A stretch of DNA of 63,910 nucleotides, the filler included, from an uncultured bacterium (GTDB lineage Bacteria; CAZSTA01), in the NCBI GenBank assembly GCA_964609495.1. It is 8 parts of 8 records of this genome, joined end to end, with 100 filler letters (N's around TTAATTAATTAA, not from the genome) between each part and the next. Parts side by side here need not be neighbours in the genome. Positions count along the whole stretch, not along the records: positions 8,571 to 16,953 come from CAZSTA010000166.1; positions 17,054 to 25,411 come from CAZSTA010000167.1; 6 more parts are not named here. One strand, given 5' to 3'. How positions within the stretch are numbered: position 1 is the stretch's first letter; each line of letters opens with the position of its first letter. The notes beneath the pieces were generated by a model. It ran no database searches and had not been told where the DNA came from. It worked only from the letters and a program-made list of their open reading frames with translations. This document shows positions 8,585 to 19,577 of the stretch, piece after piece. The position numbers were made by a program, and so were the translations under genes.

Positions 8585-11500
8585 GTGAGATGGGATAGAG
8601 GAGGGAGATACAGGATAGAGGTAGGGTTTGCTAGTGCTGATATAGGGGGATTAGTGAGATTAGGGGGATATGAGCTAGGAGAGGATATAGGAGGGGAGAT
8701 AAAGGGGGAGCTAAGAGCGAGGGGGGATTTGTCATCTCCTTGGGAGAGTATCGATTCGAACATTGATATTAAAAGTTTAAGCCTAACATTAAAAAATAGC
8801 AAGTTAATAAATGAAGATGATATAACTTTAAGAATAAAAAACAAGATCATACACTTTGATAATCTGAGATTAATCGGATTAGGGGGAGGGCTATTAGAAC
8901 AACTGAATGTATCAGGCTTTGCAAGAATAGATAAATATATCAATTTGTTAATTCACTCTGAAGGAGTGGAGATCGGGAGATTATTATCTGATTTGGGATA
9001 TGAGGAACAAGTTGAAGGCAAAGGAGATTTTGACCTTAAAATTAAAGGGGACTTTTTTAATCCAATCTATAATGTAGCCCTGAATATATCAGGGTTAGAA
9101 GTAAGAGGAGAGAAATTGGGAGTATTATCTGGTTCGGCTTCATATAAAGATGGGATGCTATCTATAGCATCCCTGGTATTGAATAAAGATGAATATAAAG
9201 TGGAGGCTGAGGGAGAGATACCACTAGACTTAATTTCAGGTTTCTTTAATATAGAAGGGGTAAAGGGGAAGATTCCTCCCTTTAGAGTGGGAAAAGATTG
9301 GCATCTAAAACTAAAGGGAGATTTGGATTTAAATGTGTTAGAGGTGATATTACCTGAATATATAGATAGTGCCTCTGGGAAAATAAAAATATTCGGAGAG
9401 ATAACAGAAGATAACTTGTCCAAGAAACTTTTGTTAAAGGGAAGAGGAGAGTTAATAGGAGGAAATCTGAAGTTAAGAGTATTGTCGGAGGAATTTAGCG
9501 ATATATCAGGAGAATTCGGTATAGATAATTCAGAGATATTATTGGAGAGAATTGACTGTGAATTGGCAGGGGGAGTTATCACCACTTCAGGACGAATAGG
9601 ATTAGCAGAGATATTGCCAGAGAACATTAGTAGGTATTTGGGTATGAAAAAGGGAATATCTGGAGATGTAAGGATAGAAGGCGTTAATCTAAATTTAATA
9701 GATGAGATAAGAGGGGTAGGGGGAAGCTTGGAGGGTGAACTTCAACTAAGCGATAATAGGAATATATTAAATTGTGTGGGGGATGTGATTTTAAGGGGAG
9801 TCAATTATAATGAGGTGGATATAGCGGATAGAGTGGAGGGAGAGTTAGAGCTAAGTTATAATAGAGTTGCAGATAAAGGAGAATTGAAAATAGAAGATGT
9901 TCGGATAGGAGAGGGAATAAATGGGTATGGAGGTCTTAGTTGGGACCGGGAAATAGAAGGAAAATATAGCATAGGACTTATATTGAATAACATCGAATTA
10001 GAAAAATTGGCGAGTTGGGCGGGATATGAATTACCAAAAGATATATGCGGAATTTTAACAGGAGAGGTTCAGATAGCTGGAGAAATATCTGATCCCCTCG
10101 ATAGTCTGAAACTGAGTAGTTCGTTGTCTTCCCTCCAGATAAAGGTAGAAGATGTTATGTTATTAAACGATGAGGATATAAAGTTAAGTTTAGTTGAAGA
10201 TAAATTAGAGTTAAAAGGGGGAAAATTAATAGCATATAAAGCCGAAGACAGGATTGGTAAAATTAACTTATCAGCCTCTATAAATTGGGGGAGAAAATCT
10301 CCCCTCAACCCCTCTATATCTATAGATAGTGGAGATATAAATATAGATATCGCTGGCGACCAAATAGAGATGGGCGCGCTATCAAAGTTGATAGGATATG
10401 AGGAAGAAATAGGAGGAAAGGGGAGTTTCTCTCTTAAAGCAAAGGGAAGTTTAAATGATCCTGAGTGTGATATATCGGTTGATATTTCCGATCTGGGATT
10501 AAGGGGGAGAGATATAGAGCTAGGAGATCTAACTGGTAAGGGTATATATCGAGATGGGAAACTGATTATATCCTCTCTAGTTGTGAAGAAAAGAGGATAT
10601 ATGGGAGAGATAAAGGGAGAGATCCCTATAGATTTGGGAAGGTTGAGTATAAGAGAGGAAGAGAAGTGGCGATTGGAATTAGAGGGCTATTTGGACTTAG
10701 CAATTTTGGGATTAGCATTTCCTAAGTATATAGAGTCTGCATCTGGTGAATTCAGGGTGTCAGGTGAGATAAGAGGCCGAGGATTTCTGGAAGATTTGGA
10801 ATTGAAGGGAAGAGGAGAAATATCACTGGGGAAGCTAAAACTAGCTATATTATCCGAACCTATAAAGTATATATCGGTAAGAGTAAATATAGAGAATAAT
10901 AGGATAGTTCTACATAGATTAGTTGGATTGATAGGAACTGGGAGGGTGTTGTTATCAGGAGAGATGTCAGATTATATGAGTAGTTCAGTGATATCTGGAG
11001 ATCTGAGTTTGCGAGGAGTGGAGTTAGACGCTTTAAAGATGATATCCGATCTAGGTATAAGAGGAAGTATTAACAGCGACTTGAAGATACAGGGGGATTT
11101 AAGCAGACTGACCTGTCAGGGAGATTTGAAACTCAAGGGATTAGATTATAAGGGGATGAGGATTAGAGAGGGTGTGAGTGCCGAAATCGAGATGGATTAC
11201 GATCTCACCGAAAAGGTTGGGAACTTGCATATCGGAGAATTGGAGATAGGTGATAGATACAGAGGAGAAGTGGCTCTAAATTGGAGCGGTGAGGGGGGGG
11301 AATATAAGGCAGGTATAGGGTTTACCAAAGTCGAATTAGGACAGTTACTAGAGCTAGGAGGATATGATTCTCCAGACTGGATATCAGGAGATTTATCTGG
11401 GGAGATAAGGATAGATGGTGAATTATCAGATCCCATTGGTAGCTTGCAGTTAGAGGGCGAACTAGATAAAGTGGATTTACATATTCTAGATATGAGGGCT

Positions 11501-13438
11501 ATAAATGAGGAAAAGTTCTCATTCACTCTAAGTAAAAATAAAGGGGGAGGAATCCTTTCCTCTACCCCTCCTATTTTAATGTTGAGCGTTCGAGATGAGG
11601 AACTGATATTCTATGAAAGAGAGGGCGGGAAGATAGGGAAGATATTGATTTCAGGAACGATCGCCCTAGATGGCACTATGGATATTATTTTAAACGGTGA
11701 GGAGGTAGATTTATCCCTCATAGAATATTTAAGAGAAGCATATAACTTGGAATTATCAGGATATACAGATTTTACCTTATCTGCTAAAGGAAATCTAAAA
11801 TCTCCGCTATATAAAGGACAATTCCTTGGCAGGGATATAAAACTCGGTGGTTTTGAGTTGTTGGGAAAGAGAGTCTCCGCAGAGGTGGAGTATAAGGAAC
11901 AAAGCTTGCGCCTAGAGGCAAAAGCGGAGGTGTCCTCAGGAGACGATATCGTAACTAAGTCTGCATATCTTACGGGGAATATACCTTTGGATTTATCCCT
12001 AACTAGCGTTGAGCAGAGATGGTCAACCGATAAAGACAAAAAAATAGGAGGAGTAGAGGGTGGAATCCCTCCCCCTAGAAATATTAAGCTTGTATTAGGC
12101 TCTCAAGATATATCTCTCGATATATTGAAGATGATTGGTGAGGGGGTAGAGAGCACTGAGGGAAATGGTTCTCTATTAATTAATATAGAAGGTGTCCCTG
12201 GCAATCTTTTAGTGAATGGCAAATTATCCGTATCCGAGGGGGCAATTAAGTTGGCGACATTGAACAATAGCATTACTATTTCTAGAGGTCTTGCCACTAT
12301 AAGCAATAGTTCGATTGTTATAGATGAATTAAGAGGAAAGTTGGGGGCAGGAGATTTTGAAGTTCAAGGAGATGTTGGCTTAAATGGGTTATCGTTCACC
12401 GATGTCGATTTGAGAGTTACAGCAACGGGTGTTGATCCTAGTTCTCCCCTCTTCTACATAAAGGAAAGCAAAGCGGACTCGGAGTTATATATAAAGGGAA
12501 TATGGCCCTCTCAGCTATCAGTGAACGGAGAAATCAAAATAGATAGCGCTTCCTTAATCTTCCCTCAGGGCGGTGAACCACCTAAGGAGAAACTTCCTCT
12601 GGAATTACTTCATCCGATATGGAAAACGAAGTTGGACATTAAGATAAAAGCGGATAATAATATTCGATTTAAGAGCAATGTGGCTGATGCCGAGATGAAA
12701 TGCGATTTCGGTCTGACGGGGACCCCTTACGAGCCTAGACTGATGGGTCAAATCGAAGTTATTAAAGGGAGATTTAATTTTAAGGATAACGAGTTCAAGA
12801 TCAACGTGGGGAAGGCTGAATTCCATAAATTTAACGGGACTTCTCCTCGTCTAAGATTGGAGGCTGAGACAAGGATAGGGGAGGTGAAAATTTATCTTTC
12901 GGTCGAGGGATATTATCTGGAGGGATTGAAGCTGGAGGAGGTCAAGTTCTCCTCTCTACCTCCTCTTTCCGAAGGTGATATCTACTCTCTCCTCACTTTA
13001 GGTCGTCGGAGGGAGGATATCACCATTAAAAGTGCTGGAGATATATTATCTCAGGAAGTAGCCTCCACTCTGGTCGATTATTTCTTCGTTGGGGAGTTAG
13101 AGAAAGAGGCGGCTCAAGCGTTTAAGTTAGACACGGTTAGACTAAAAGGAGATATTCTTGGCTTGAATGGTGAAGAGGGGACTAGCTTGTCTCTGGGGAA
13201 ATACCTAACTCCTGATCTATATATCAATTATTCTAAATCACTTACCTCAGAGGCATTCCAGATATTAGTAGAGTATCGGTTGAAAAGCGATATTTTGCTC
13301 AGTGCCGAGGTCTCGGAGAATGATAATTATAAACTCCGAATAGAGCAGAGATTGAGTCCCTCCAGTCTTGTGGGCGGGCATATAATAATCGGTGAAGATG
13401 AGACTTTATTTGGGGTGGGCTTTAGAATAAGATTCTAA
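8585..13438 (+). CDS. tamB: TamB/AsmA-like translocation-assembly module protein (DUF490 C-terminus), 5'-truncated by the contig edge
   Basis: More than 1600 aa of repeated Gly-rich beta-taco modules; C-terminal motifs L-x-G-T-P-x-x-P-x-L-x-G, S-x-P-P-L-S-E-x-D-I-x-S-L-L and LSLGKYLTPDLYINY. Confidence 0.88.
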   Translation: MRWDRGGRYRIEVGFASADIGGLVRLGGYELGEDIGGEIKGELRARGDLSSPWESIDSNIDIKSLSLTLKNSKLINEDDITLRIKNKIIHFDNLRLIGLGGGLLEQLNVSGFARIDKYINLLIHSEGVEIGRLLSDLGYEEQVEGKGDFDLKIKGDFFNPIYNVALNISGLEVRGEKLGVLSGSASYKDGMLSIASLVLNKDEYKVEAEGEIPLDLISGFFNIEGVKGKIPPFRVGKDWHLKLKGDLDLNVLEVILPEYIDSASGKIKIFGEITEDNLSKKLLLKGRGELIGGNLKLRVLSEEFSDISGEFGIDNSEILLERIDCELAGGVITTSGRIGLAEILPENISRYLGMKKGISGDVRIEGVNLNLIDEIRGVGGSLEGELQLSDNRNILNCVGDVILRGVNYNEVDIADRVEGELELSYNRVADKGELKIEDVRIGEGINGYGGLSWDREIEGKYSIGLILNNIELEKLASWAGYELPKDICGILTGEVQIAGEISDPLDSLKLSSSLSSLQIKVEDVMLLNDEDIKLSLVEDKLELKGGKLIAYKAEDRIGKINLSASINWGRKSPLNPSISIDSGDINIDIAGDQIEMGALSKLIGYEEEIGGKGSFSLKAKGSLNDPECDISVDISDLGLRGRDIELGDLTGKGIYRDGKLIISSLVVKKRGYMGEIKGEIPIDLGRLSIREEEKWRLELEGYLDLAILGLAFPKYIESASGEFRVSGEIRGRGFLEDLELKGRGEISLGKLKLAILSEPIKYISVRVNIENNRIVLHRLVGLIGTGRVLLSGEMSDYMSSSVISGDLSLRGVELDALKMISDLGIRGSINSDLKIQGDLSRLTCQGDLKLKGLDYKGMRIREGVSAEIEMDYDLTEKVGNLHIGELEIGDRYRGEVALNWSGEGGEYKAGIGFTKVELGQLLELGGYDSPDWISGDLSGEIRIDGELSDPIGSLQLEGELDKVDLHILDMRAINEEKFSFTLSKNKGGGILSSTPPILMLSVRDEELIFYEREGGKIGKILISGTIALDGTMDIILNGEEVDLSLIEYLREAYNLELSGYTDFTLSAKGNLKSPLYKGQFLGRDIKLGGFELLGKRVSAEVEYKEQSLRLEAKAEVSSGDDIVTKSAYLTGNIPLDLSLTSVEQRWSTDKDKKIGGVEGGIPPPRNIKLVLGSQDISLDILKMIGEGVESTEGNGSLLINIEGVPGNLLVNGKLSVSEGAIKLATLNNSITISRGLATISNSSIVIDELRGKLGAGDFEVQGDVGLNGLSFTDVDLRVTATGVDPSSPLFYIKESKADSELYIKGIWPSQLSVNGEIKIDSASLIFPQGGEPPKEKLPLELLHPIWKTKLDIKIKADNNIRFKSNVADAEMKCDFGLTGTPYEPRLMGQIEVIKGRFNFKDNEFKINVGKAEFHKFNGTSPRLRLEAETRIGEVKIYLSVEGYYLEGLKLEEVKFSSLPPLSEGDIYSLLTLGRRREDITIKSAGDILSQEVASTLVDYFFVGELEKEAAQAFKLDTVRLKGDILGLNGEEGTSLSLGKYLTPDLYINYSKSLTSEAFQILVEYRLKSDILLSAEVSENDNYKLRIEQRLSPSSLVGGHIIIGEDETLFGVGFRIRF

Positions 13439-13446
13439 GCAAATAT

Positions 13447-13486
13447 GTTCCCTCTCCCCTCGTGGGAGAGGGATAGGGTGAGGGGG
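13447..13486 (-). repeat. REP-like palindromic repeat (CCCCCTCACCCTATCCCTCTCCCACGAGGGGAGAGGGAAC family)
   Basis: Reverse complement of the copies at ~19312-19352, 22660-22688 and 33952-33990; partial copy at ~8211-8241. Sits between convergent genes. Confidence 0.8.
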
Positions 13487-13530
13487 TAATACTAAGTATA
13501 GACTATTATATCTTGTAGTTTTATTTATAC

Positions 13531-14184
13531 TTAGGAGTTCCCTAAATCCTTAGCACTGTGAATTATTTTGTATCCCTTTCCCTTCAATTCCGAGGTCAGT
13601 TCATCTATATCGGTCACTCTTAATCTCATCACTACCATCCTTTTATCCTCTGAGAAAGAGTAGCAGCTAACTAAGCTTAGTATGTTAATATTATATTTTT
13701 TAATAATACTTACAATCTCTCCTAGCGCTCCTGGCTTATGTTCCAGTTCAAAAGCGAGACGAATACCTCTCTCCTTCAGACCCATAACTTCAATGAATAT
13801 CTCGAATATATCGGTCTCCGTGATTATTCCCACTAATTTATCTTTATCCATTACCGGAAGACCGCTTATTTTATTATCGTGCATTATCAAGGCGGCTTCT
13901 TCCACGGTGGTCTCTGGAGTGACATAAAGTGGGTCTTTGGTCATTATATCTTCCACTTTTACCTTATCCCATAAATAATTCAACTCATAAACACTCAGGG
14001 AGGTGGCATCGGAGGGGGAAGCCTCCTTTAGATCTTCTGTAGTTACTATCCCTACTAATCCTCCTTCGCTCATAACAGGTAATCTTCTTATCCCATTCTC
14101 CTTCATCAATTTTTGGGCTTTGGATACGGAGGCATCCTTATCTATAGTTATCGGATTCTCGGTCATCCACATCTTAACGAACAT
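13531..14184 (-). CDS. acuB: CBS-domain pair plus ACT domain protein (AcuB family)
   Basis: MFVKMWMTENP start; IRRLPV, ASPSDATSLSVYELNYL and GIITETDIF motifs; ACT motif HKPGALGEI. Confidence 0.85.
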   Translation of the reverse strand: MFVKMWMTENPITIDKDASVSKAQKLMKENGIRRLPVMSEGGLVGIVTTEDLKEASPSDATSLSVYELNYLWDKVKVEDIMTKDPLYVTPETTVEEAALIMHDNKISGLPVMDKDKLVGIITETDIFEIFIEVMGLKERGIRLAFELEHKPGALGEIVSIIKKYNINILSLVSCYSFSEDKRMVVMRLRVTDIDELTSELKGKGYKIIHSAKDLGNS

Positions 14185-14369
14185 TTCATCTTACCTCCTT
14201 CCTTCATCTTCGGTTATAAGTATTATACATAATCTAACAATTTATGTCAAGGAATGTTCTACTAGCTAAGTATGTGAAAATCTATTGAAAAAATCACCGT
14301 TTTTTGCTACAATTACTATAGGTTTTTTCTATTCGAAATAATATATGACATAATTAAGGAGGGATTCAA

Positions 14370-16953
14370 GTGAGGAAGAGAATCCTTCAGACAGTTCTAA
14401 TTATCCTTTTTCTGCTAACCTTAGCAGTCTCAGCCGAAGCCGCTACGATCACGGTGGGGCCAGGTGGCGATTATGCAACAATTCAAGCGGCGGTCAATAA
14501 TGCCATCAGCGGGGATATTATCAGTATCGACCCTAGTGTATCCTATAGTGAGAATGTGAGCGTGGTGAATAAATCGCTGACCTTCCAATCCGCTATCCCA
14601 GGAACGCTAGTAGCTGTAAATGGCTCTGGTGGTAACTGCTTCGATCTCGATGCTGGTGGTGGAGATCACACTGTAACCTTCTTTGATATCGAGATATATG
14701 GAGGCTCCAATGGTATCTATGCTTACACTATATCCTCAGGGAATATGGCGATCGAGGTCTATAATTGCGATATTCACAACAACTCCGGTGATGGGATAGA
14801 GTTGAATGGCGTGAATGGTAGTATTATAGGTGATATTGATAACGGAAACACCATCTATGAGAATGGTAATGGGATTGAGGTGAGTTTTTCGGATTCCAAT
14901 ACCTTCGAATTCAACACCATCTATGGTAATGATTCGGAGGGGATTGTTGTGGGGGATTCGTCTTTCAATACCATTGCCAACAACACCATCTATGGGAATG
15001 GTTGGGGAATTCGTGTGTTGTTTAATTCTGATTCCAGCACCATTGCCAACAACACCATCTATGGTAATGATTGGGAGGGGATTTATGCGGGGTGGAGTTC
15101 GGATTACAATACCATTGCCAACAACACCATCTATGATAGTGGTGATAATGGGATTTATGTGGTGTATTCGGATTACGATACCATCGCATACAACACTATC
15201 TATGGTAGTGGTGATGATGGGATCTACCTCCACGACTACTCAGATTATATCACAATTGAGGGAAATTTCATTGTTGAGAATGCAGGTAATGGTATTTACC
15301 TCTTTCCTACTTCCACTAATATCACTGTTAATGAGAATGTTATCTGTGGTAATATCGCTTATGGTGTCAATAACACCACAGGTGTTCTTCTTGATGCCGA
15401 AGGAAATTGGTGGGGAGATGACAGTGGTCCTTACCATCCTACAACCAATCTGGGGGGGCTTGGCGATGCGGTCAGCGATAACGTAGATTATGATCCCTGG
15501 CTACAGATGTCCCTCACTGCCAATCCTCCATCTCTCGGTGTTGGGGACACCTCTACTATTACCGCTAAGATAAGCGGAGGGGGATATAATGCCCCTGATG
15601 GAACTTCTATTGTGTTCTCTACTACTTTGGGAACTATCGATCCTATTACCGCTGATACTGTTGGGGGAAGTGCCAGCTCTCTTCTATCCAGCACAATAGC
15701 AGGGACTGCAACTGTTTCCACTTGTGTAGAGATCTGCGGCTGTCCTATGGTTACGCCAGTTACCATAGATGTTGTTATCATTGTGACTCAGATAGTCTTC
15801 ATCACTCCGCAAAGGATGACTTATCCTGGTATTCCAACCGAAGTGATAACTATTCAACTTCAGGATGTTTCTGGCAATCCCCTTAATGCAATCGCGGATA
15901 TCACTATTAATCTCTCCTCCCTCTCCCCAACTGGGGAATTCTCATTGACCCAAGACCCGTTTAATCCTATCACTTCAGTTGTCATTTCTGCTGGCTCTAA
16001 TAGTGCGAGCTTCTACTACCGAGATACAACGGTGGGAACAACAACGATAACCGCAGCAGAGACTCCTGATCAGGGATGGACCGATGGGACTCAAGATGTA
16101 GTTATAACTTTAGTTCCTCAGCCTACTCCACCTACTCCTACTCCACCTCCAACTGCAAATATCTCCTCTCCTCCTGATATGCAGATCATCAAGGGAGTAG
16201 TTCAAGTAATAGGAACAGCCTTCAGTGAGATCCTTGAAGAATATATCCTAGAGTATGGAGAAGGAGAAGATCCGAGCCACTGGACACTTATTAACACCTC
16301 CTCTCAGCCAGTAACAGATGATATACTGGGGAACTGGGATACCTCCTCTCTTCCCGATGGCACTTACACTGTCCGCATCACCGCCAAAGACACCGAAGGG
16401 AGAAACGCAGTCGATAAGGTAACGGTGGTAGTAGATAGCACTCCTCCCCAGATGAGTGGCTTAGGAGTAGAGAATAAATTCATGGAGACCTACTGCGGTA
16501 GAGCGGAGTGGAAGATAACAGCTAAGGTTACCGATAAGACGAGTGGGATAGACAGGAAGAGCTTGAAGATAACGATCTCCTCCAAGGGAATGAACGATAT
16601 AGTGATCGATTGGAATAGGATAGGTTATGATGAAATCACTGGAGATATCTTCTACACCCTCAAGGCAAACTTGAAGAGAGGGGAATACACAGTAGAGGTG
16701 GAGGTGAAGGATAAGGCTGGTAACAAGACCGAGATGATGACTGACTTCACCGTAGAAGCTATTTTAGGGATGCACAATGTTATGAATACCCCTAATCCTA
16801 TGGTGAATCAGACTACTTTCACCTTCAACTTGTGTATGTCTGCGGATGTTAAGATAGAGATTTACACGACAGCGGGAGAGTTGGTGAGGGTATTAGATGA
16901 GATAGCGGGAGAGATGGGGTATAATGAGGTAGAGTGGGATGGATTAGACGAGG
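14370..16953 (+). CDS. Secreted multidomain protein: right-handed beta-helix (NosD/CASH-like), Ig-like/Big_1 domains, Pro/Thr linker and FlgD-Ig/T9SS-type C-terminal domain; 3'-truncated
   Basis: Signal peptide; GDYATIQAAVN motif; 23-aa NTIANNTIYGN repeats; NWWGDDSGP; C-terminal NTPNPM...VKIEIYTTAGELVRVL...VEWDGLDE at the contig end. Confidence 0.8.
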
Positions 16954-17053
16954 NNNNNNNNNNNNNNNNNNNNNNNNNNNNNNNNNNNNNNNNNNNNTTA
17001 ATTAATTAANNNNNNNNNNNNNNNNNNNNNNNNNNNNNNNNNNNNNNNNNNNN

Positions 17054-17197
17054 AAAACCGAAACCTGTGGATCTACCTGTCTTATGATCGATTATGATTC
17101 GGACATCCTCCACCTCGGTGTAAGGATCAAATACCTCTGCCAACTCATCCCTGGTAATGGACCAGGGCAGATTTCCTACATACAAAGTCTTACTCAC
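17054..17197 (-). CDS. RRM RNA-binding protein, partial
   Basis: LYVGNLPW (RNP2) and TGRSTGFGF (RNP1); truncated by the contig edge. Confidence 0.85.
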
Positions 17198-17824
17198 TTA
17201 GGGCTCATCTCCTTCTACATATAGCTTATTTTTATTAATATAACTCTCTACACCCTCAGGGACTAAATAACGAACCGTCCTTCTGTTCCTGACCCGCCAA
17301 CGGATATCGGTAGAGGAGACGGCCATCGCTGGAACTTCGATCAGGTGAAAACGGCTCAGATATCTCTTATCCGCCCTCGCCAGGTCATACCCTGGTCGAG
17401 TAGCGGCTATGAATTCACACTTCTGAAGGAGTTGCTCTGGCTCCTTCCAACTAAGTATCTCCAGCACCGCATCTGCCCCGGTAATAAAGAAGAGCTTGGT
17501 CTCCTTATACATCTCCCTAAAAGCCTCTATCGTATCTATGGTATAGGAAGGGCCAAGCCTATCTATCTCTATACGAGATGTCGCAAAGAAAGGATTAGTA
17601 ACTGTTGCTATGATCGTCATCATCAAGCGATGCTCCGCATCCGTGACCGTATAATCCTTCTTGTGAGGAGGATGTCCAGAAGGGATAAAGATAACCTTAT
17701 CCAAACAAAATTCCTGACGAACTTCCTCCGCCGTTACCAAATGACCCCAGTGGATGGGATCGAATGTCCCTCCCATTAATCCTATTCTATTACTATTCCT
17801 TATAGTCGAATTCAAGATCTCCAA
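17198..17824 (-). CDS. nadD: Nicotinate-nucleotide adenylyltransferase
   Basis: [29 protein letters not shown] and SSTDIR motifs; exact start codon uncertain. Confidence 0.95.
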   Translation of the reverse strand: MEILNSTIRNSNRIGLMGGTFDPIHWGHLVTAEEVRQEFCLDKVIFIPSGHPPHKKDYTVTDAEHRLMMTIIATVTNPFFATSRIEIDRLGPSYTIDTIEAFREMYKETKLFFITGADAVLEILSWKEPEQLLQKCEFIAATRPGYDLARADKRYLSRFHLIEVPAMAVSSTDIRWRVRNRRTVRYLVPEGVESYINKNKLYVEGDEP

Positions 17825-19067
17825 TTCTTATAAGATCTCCATCCTTAGCTCCTTCGCTACGAAGACTATCGATAAGCCCCATTCGCTCTACAGAAAGGTG
17901 AAATCTCCTTAAATCCTCATCTCGATCGAGATTAAGCTCTGCTAATAGGCGCTCGATCCTATGTCCAGACACAATATAAGATCCCTCCCTCTCCTTGATT
18001 ATTATAAAAGGAGGGGATATCTTATGCATCCGTGTTACCCTTTCAGGGATCTCCTTCTTCTTTCGGAGCGGAAGTTTCTTTAAGATATCGACTATAGCTG
18101 AGGCTAATTCCCCAACTCCTTCTCCATTTAAAGCGGAAAGAGGAAACACCTGATAGTCCTGAGCTTCCAATTTCTTGCGGACTCTCTCATAGTTATCCTT
18201 GGACTCGGGAAGATCCATCTTGTTGGCAATCACTAATTGAGGTCGTTCAAGAAGGCCAGGATTATACAATTTTAACTCCTCATATAAATTGTAGAAATCC
18301 TGTAAGGGATCTCTTCCCTCGCGTCCTGATATGTCTATGATATAGACTATCACTCGCGTTCGCTCTATATGTCTTAAGAATTGGTATCCCAATCCTACCC
18401 CTTCATGGGCCCCCTTGATCAGGCCGGGCATATCCGCAATAGTGAAATTCCCATCTTCCTTGGGATATACGACCCCTAAATTAGGAATAAGCGTAGTAAA
18501 AGGATAATCAGCTATCCTAGGATGGGCAGATGAGAGACGGGAAAGCAGGGTTGACTTACCTGCGTTAGGATAACCTACCAGCCCCACCTCGGCTAGTATC
18601 TTTAATTCCAACTCGATCCAGAACTCCTCCCCTGCTTCACCCTGTTCGGCAAAACGAGGAGCGTGATTTACAGAGGTAGCAAAATGGGTATTACCTCTTC
18701 CTCCCTTTCCTCCTCGAGCTACTACTACCTCTTCGGCAGGTTCGGTTAAATCGGCGACTAATTCTTGAGATTCGGCTCTTCTAACTATAGTGCCCGGAGG
18801 AACATAGATGATTACATCCTCTCCGTCACGGCCATCTCGGTTCTTACCGCGACCATTTCCTCCTCTTTGAGCTCGATAATGGCGCTTCTTTCCCAGATGG
18901 GAGAGCGTATCAAGACCTCTATCCACCTTAATTATCACGCTTCCCCCATCCCCTCCATCCCCTCCATCAGGGCCACCTCTAGGCACAAACTTCTCTCGCC
19001 GAAAGCTTACCGCTCCATCGCCTCCATCTCCACTTTTCACGAATATCTTGATCTCATCGATAAACAT
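17793..19067 (-). CDS. obgE: GTPase ObgE/CgtA with C-terminal OCT (DUF1967) domain
   Basis: Gly-rich Obg domain [39 protein letters not shown] and NKMD motifs. Confidence 0.97.
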   Translation of the reverse strand: MFIDEIKIFVKSGDGGDGAVSFRREKFVPRGGPDGGDGGDGGSVIIKVDRGLDTLSHLGKKRHYRAQRGGNGRGKNRDGRDGEDVIIYVPPGTIVRRAESQELVADLTEPAEEVVVARGGKGGRGNTHFATSVNHAPRFAEQGEAGEEFWIELELKILAEVGLVGYPNAGKSTLLSRLSSAHPRIADYPFTTLIPNLGVVYPKEDGNFTIADMPGLIKGAHEGVGLGYQFLRHIERTRVIVYIIDISGREGRDPLQDFYNLYEELKLYNPGLLERPQLVIANKMDLPESKDNYERVRKKLEAQDYQVFPLSALNGEGVGELASAIVDILKKLPLRKKKEIPERVTRMHKISPPFIIIKEREGSYIVSGHRIERLLAELNLDRDEDLRRFHLSVERMGLIDSLRSEGAKDGDLIRIGDLEFDYKE

Positions 19068-19265
19068 AGAACCAATTTACATTATTAAAAAGCTAATTTC
19101 TCTTCGAAAAGAGAGAACTAGCCTCACCCTCTACCTCTCTAATATAGATATTAACGAAGCATCTTTTATCACCCATATCATCATACCTATTATTCTCTTC
19201 CTCCTTGATTTTCTTTATTATAACATAATCTATAAAGTTTGTCAATTGTGTTTCTCTTCTGCGAT

Positions 19266-19447
19266 GCATATAAAATCGAGGATCAAAATGATTTTAGATC
19301 GAATTATAATTCCCCCTCACCCTGTTCCCTCTCCCACGAGGGGAGAGGGAACATCGAGATAGAGCTGATCTCTTTAGCTCCCCCCTCCCTCGATGGGAGG
19401 GGGGTAATACAAAGTAAATTAGATCTCAGATCCCAGATTTTATATGC
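19266..19447. mobile_element. MITE family A (182 bp) enclosing a REP doublet
   Basis: 19-bp terminal inverted repeats GCATATAAAATCGAGGATC / GATCCCAGATTTTATATGC (2 mismatches). The same ends occur at the contig termini 42070-42132 and 50444-50462. Confidence 0.7.
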
Positions 19448-19577
19448 TTTCTTTATAAAGAAAGTAATTGACATTAGATAAAATGATATGTTATAATACC
19501 AGAGAATATTAAGCGATCCACAAACTATTAATTCTACATAATAGTGATCATAGGAAGCCTTAAAGGGGTGAAGTGCT

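Noticed and set aside
14845-15230. 69-bp tandem DNA repeats that could be mistaken for a CRISPR array
   Set aside because: They are in-frame coding repeats of the 23-aa beta-helix coil.
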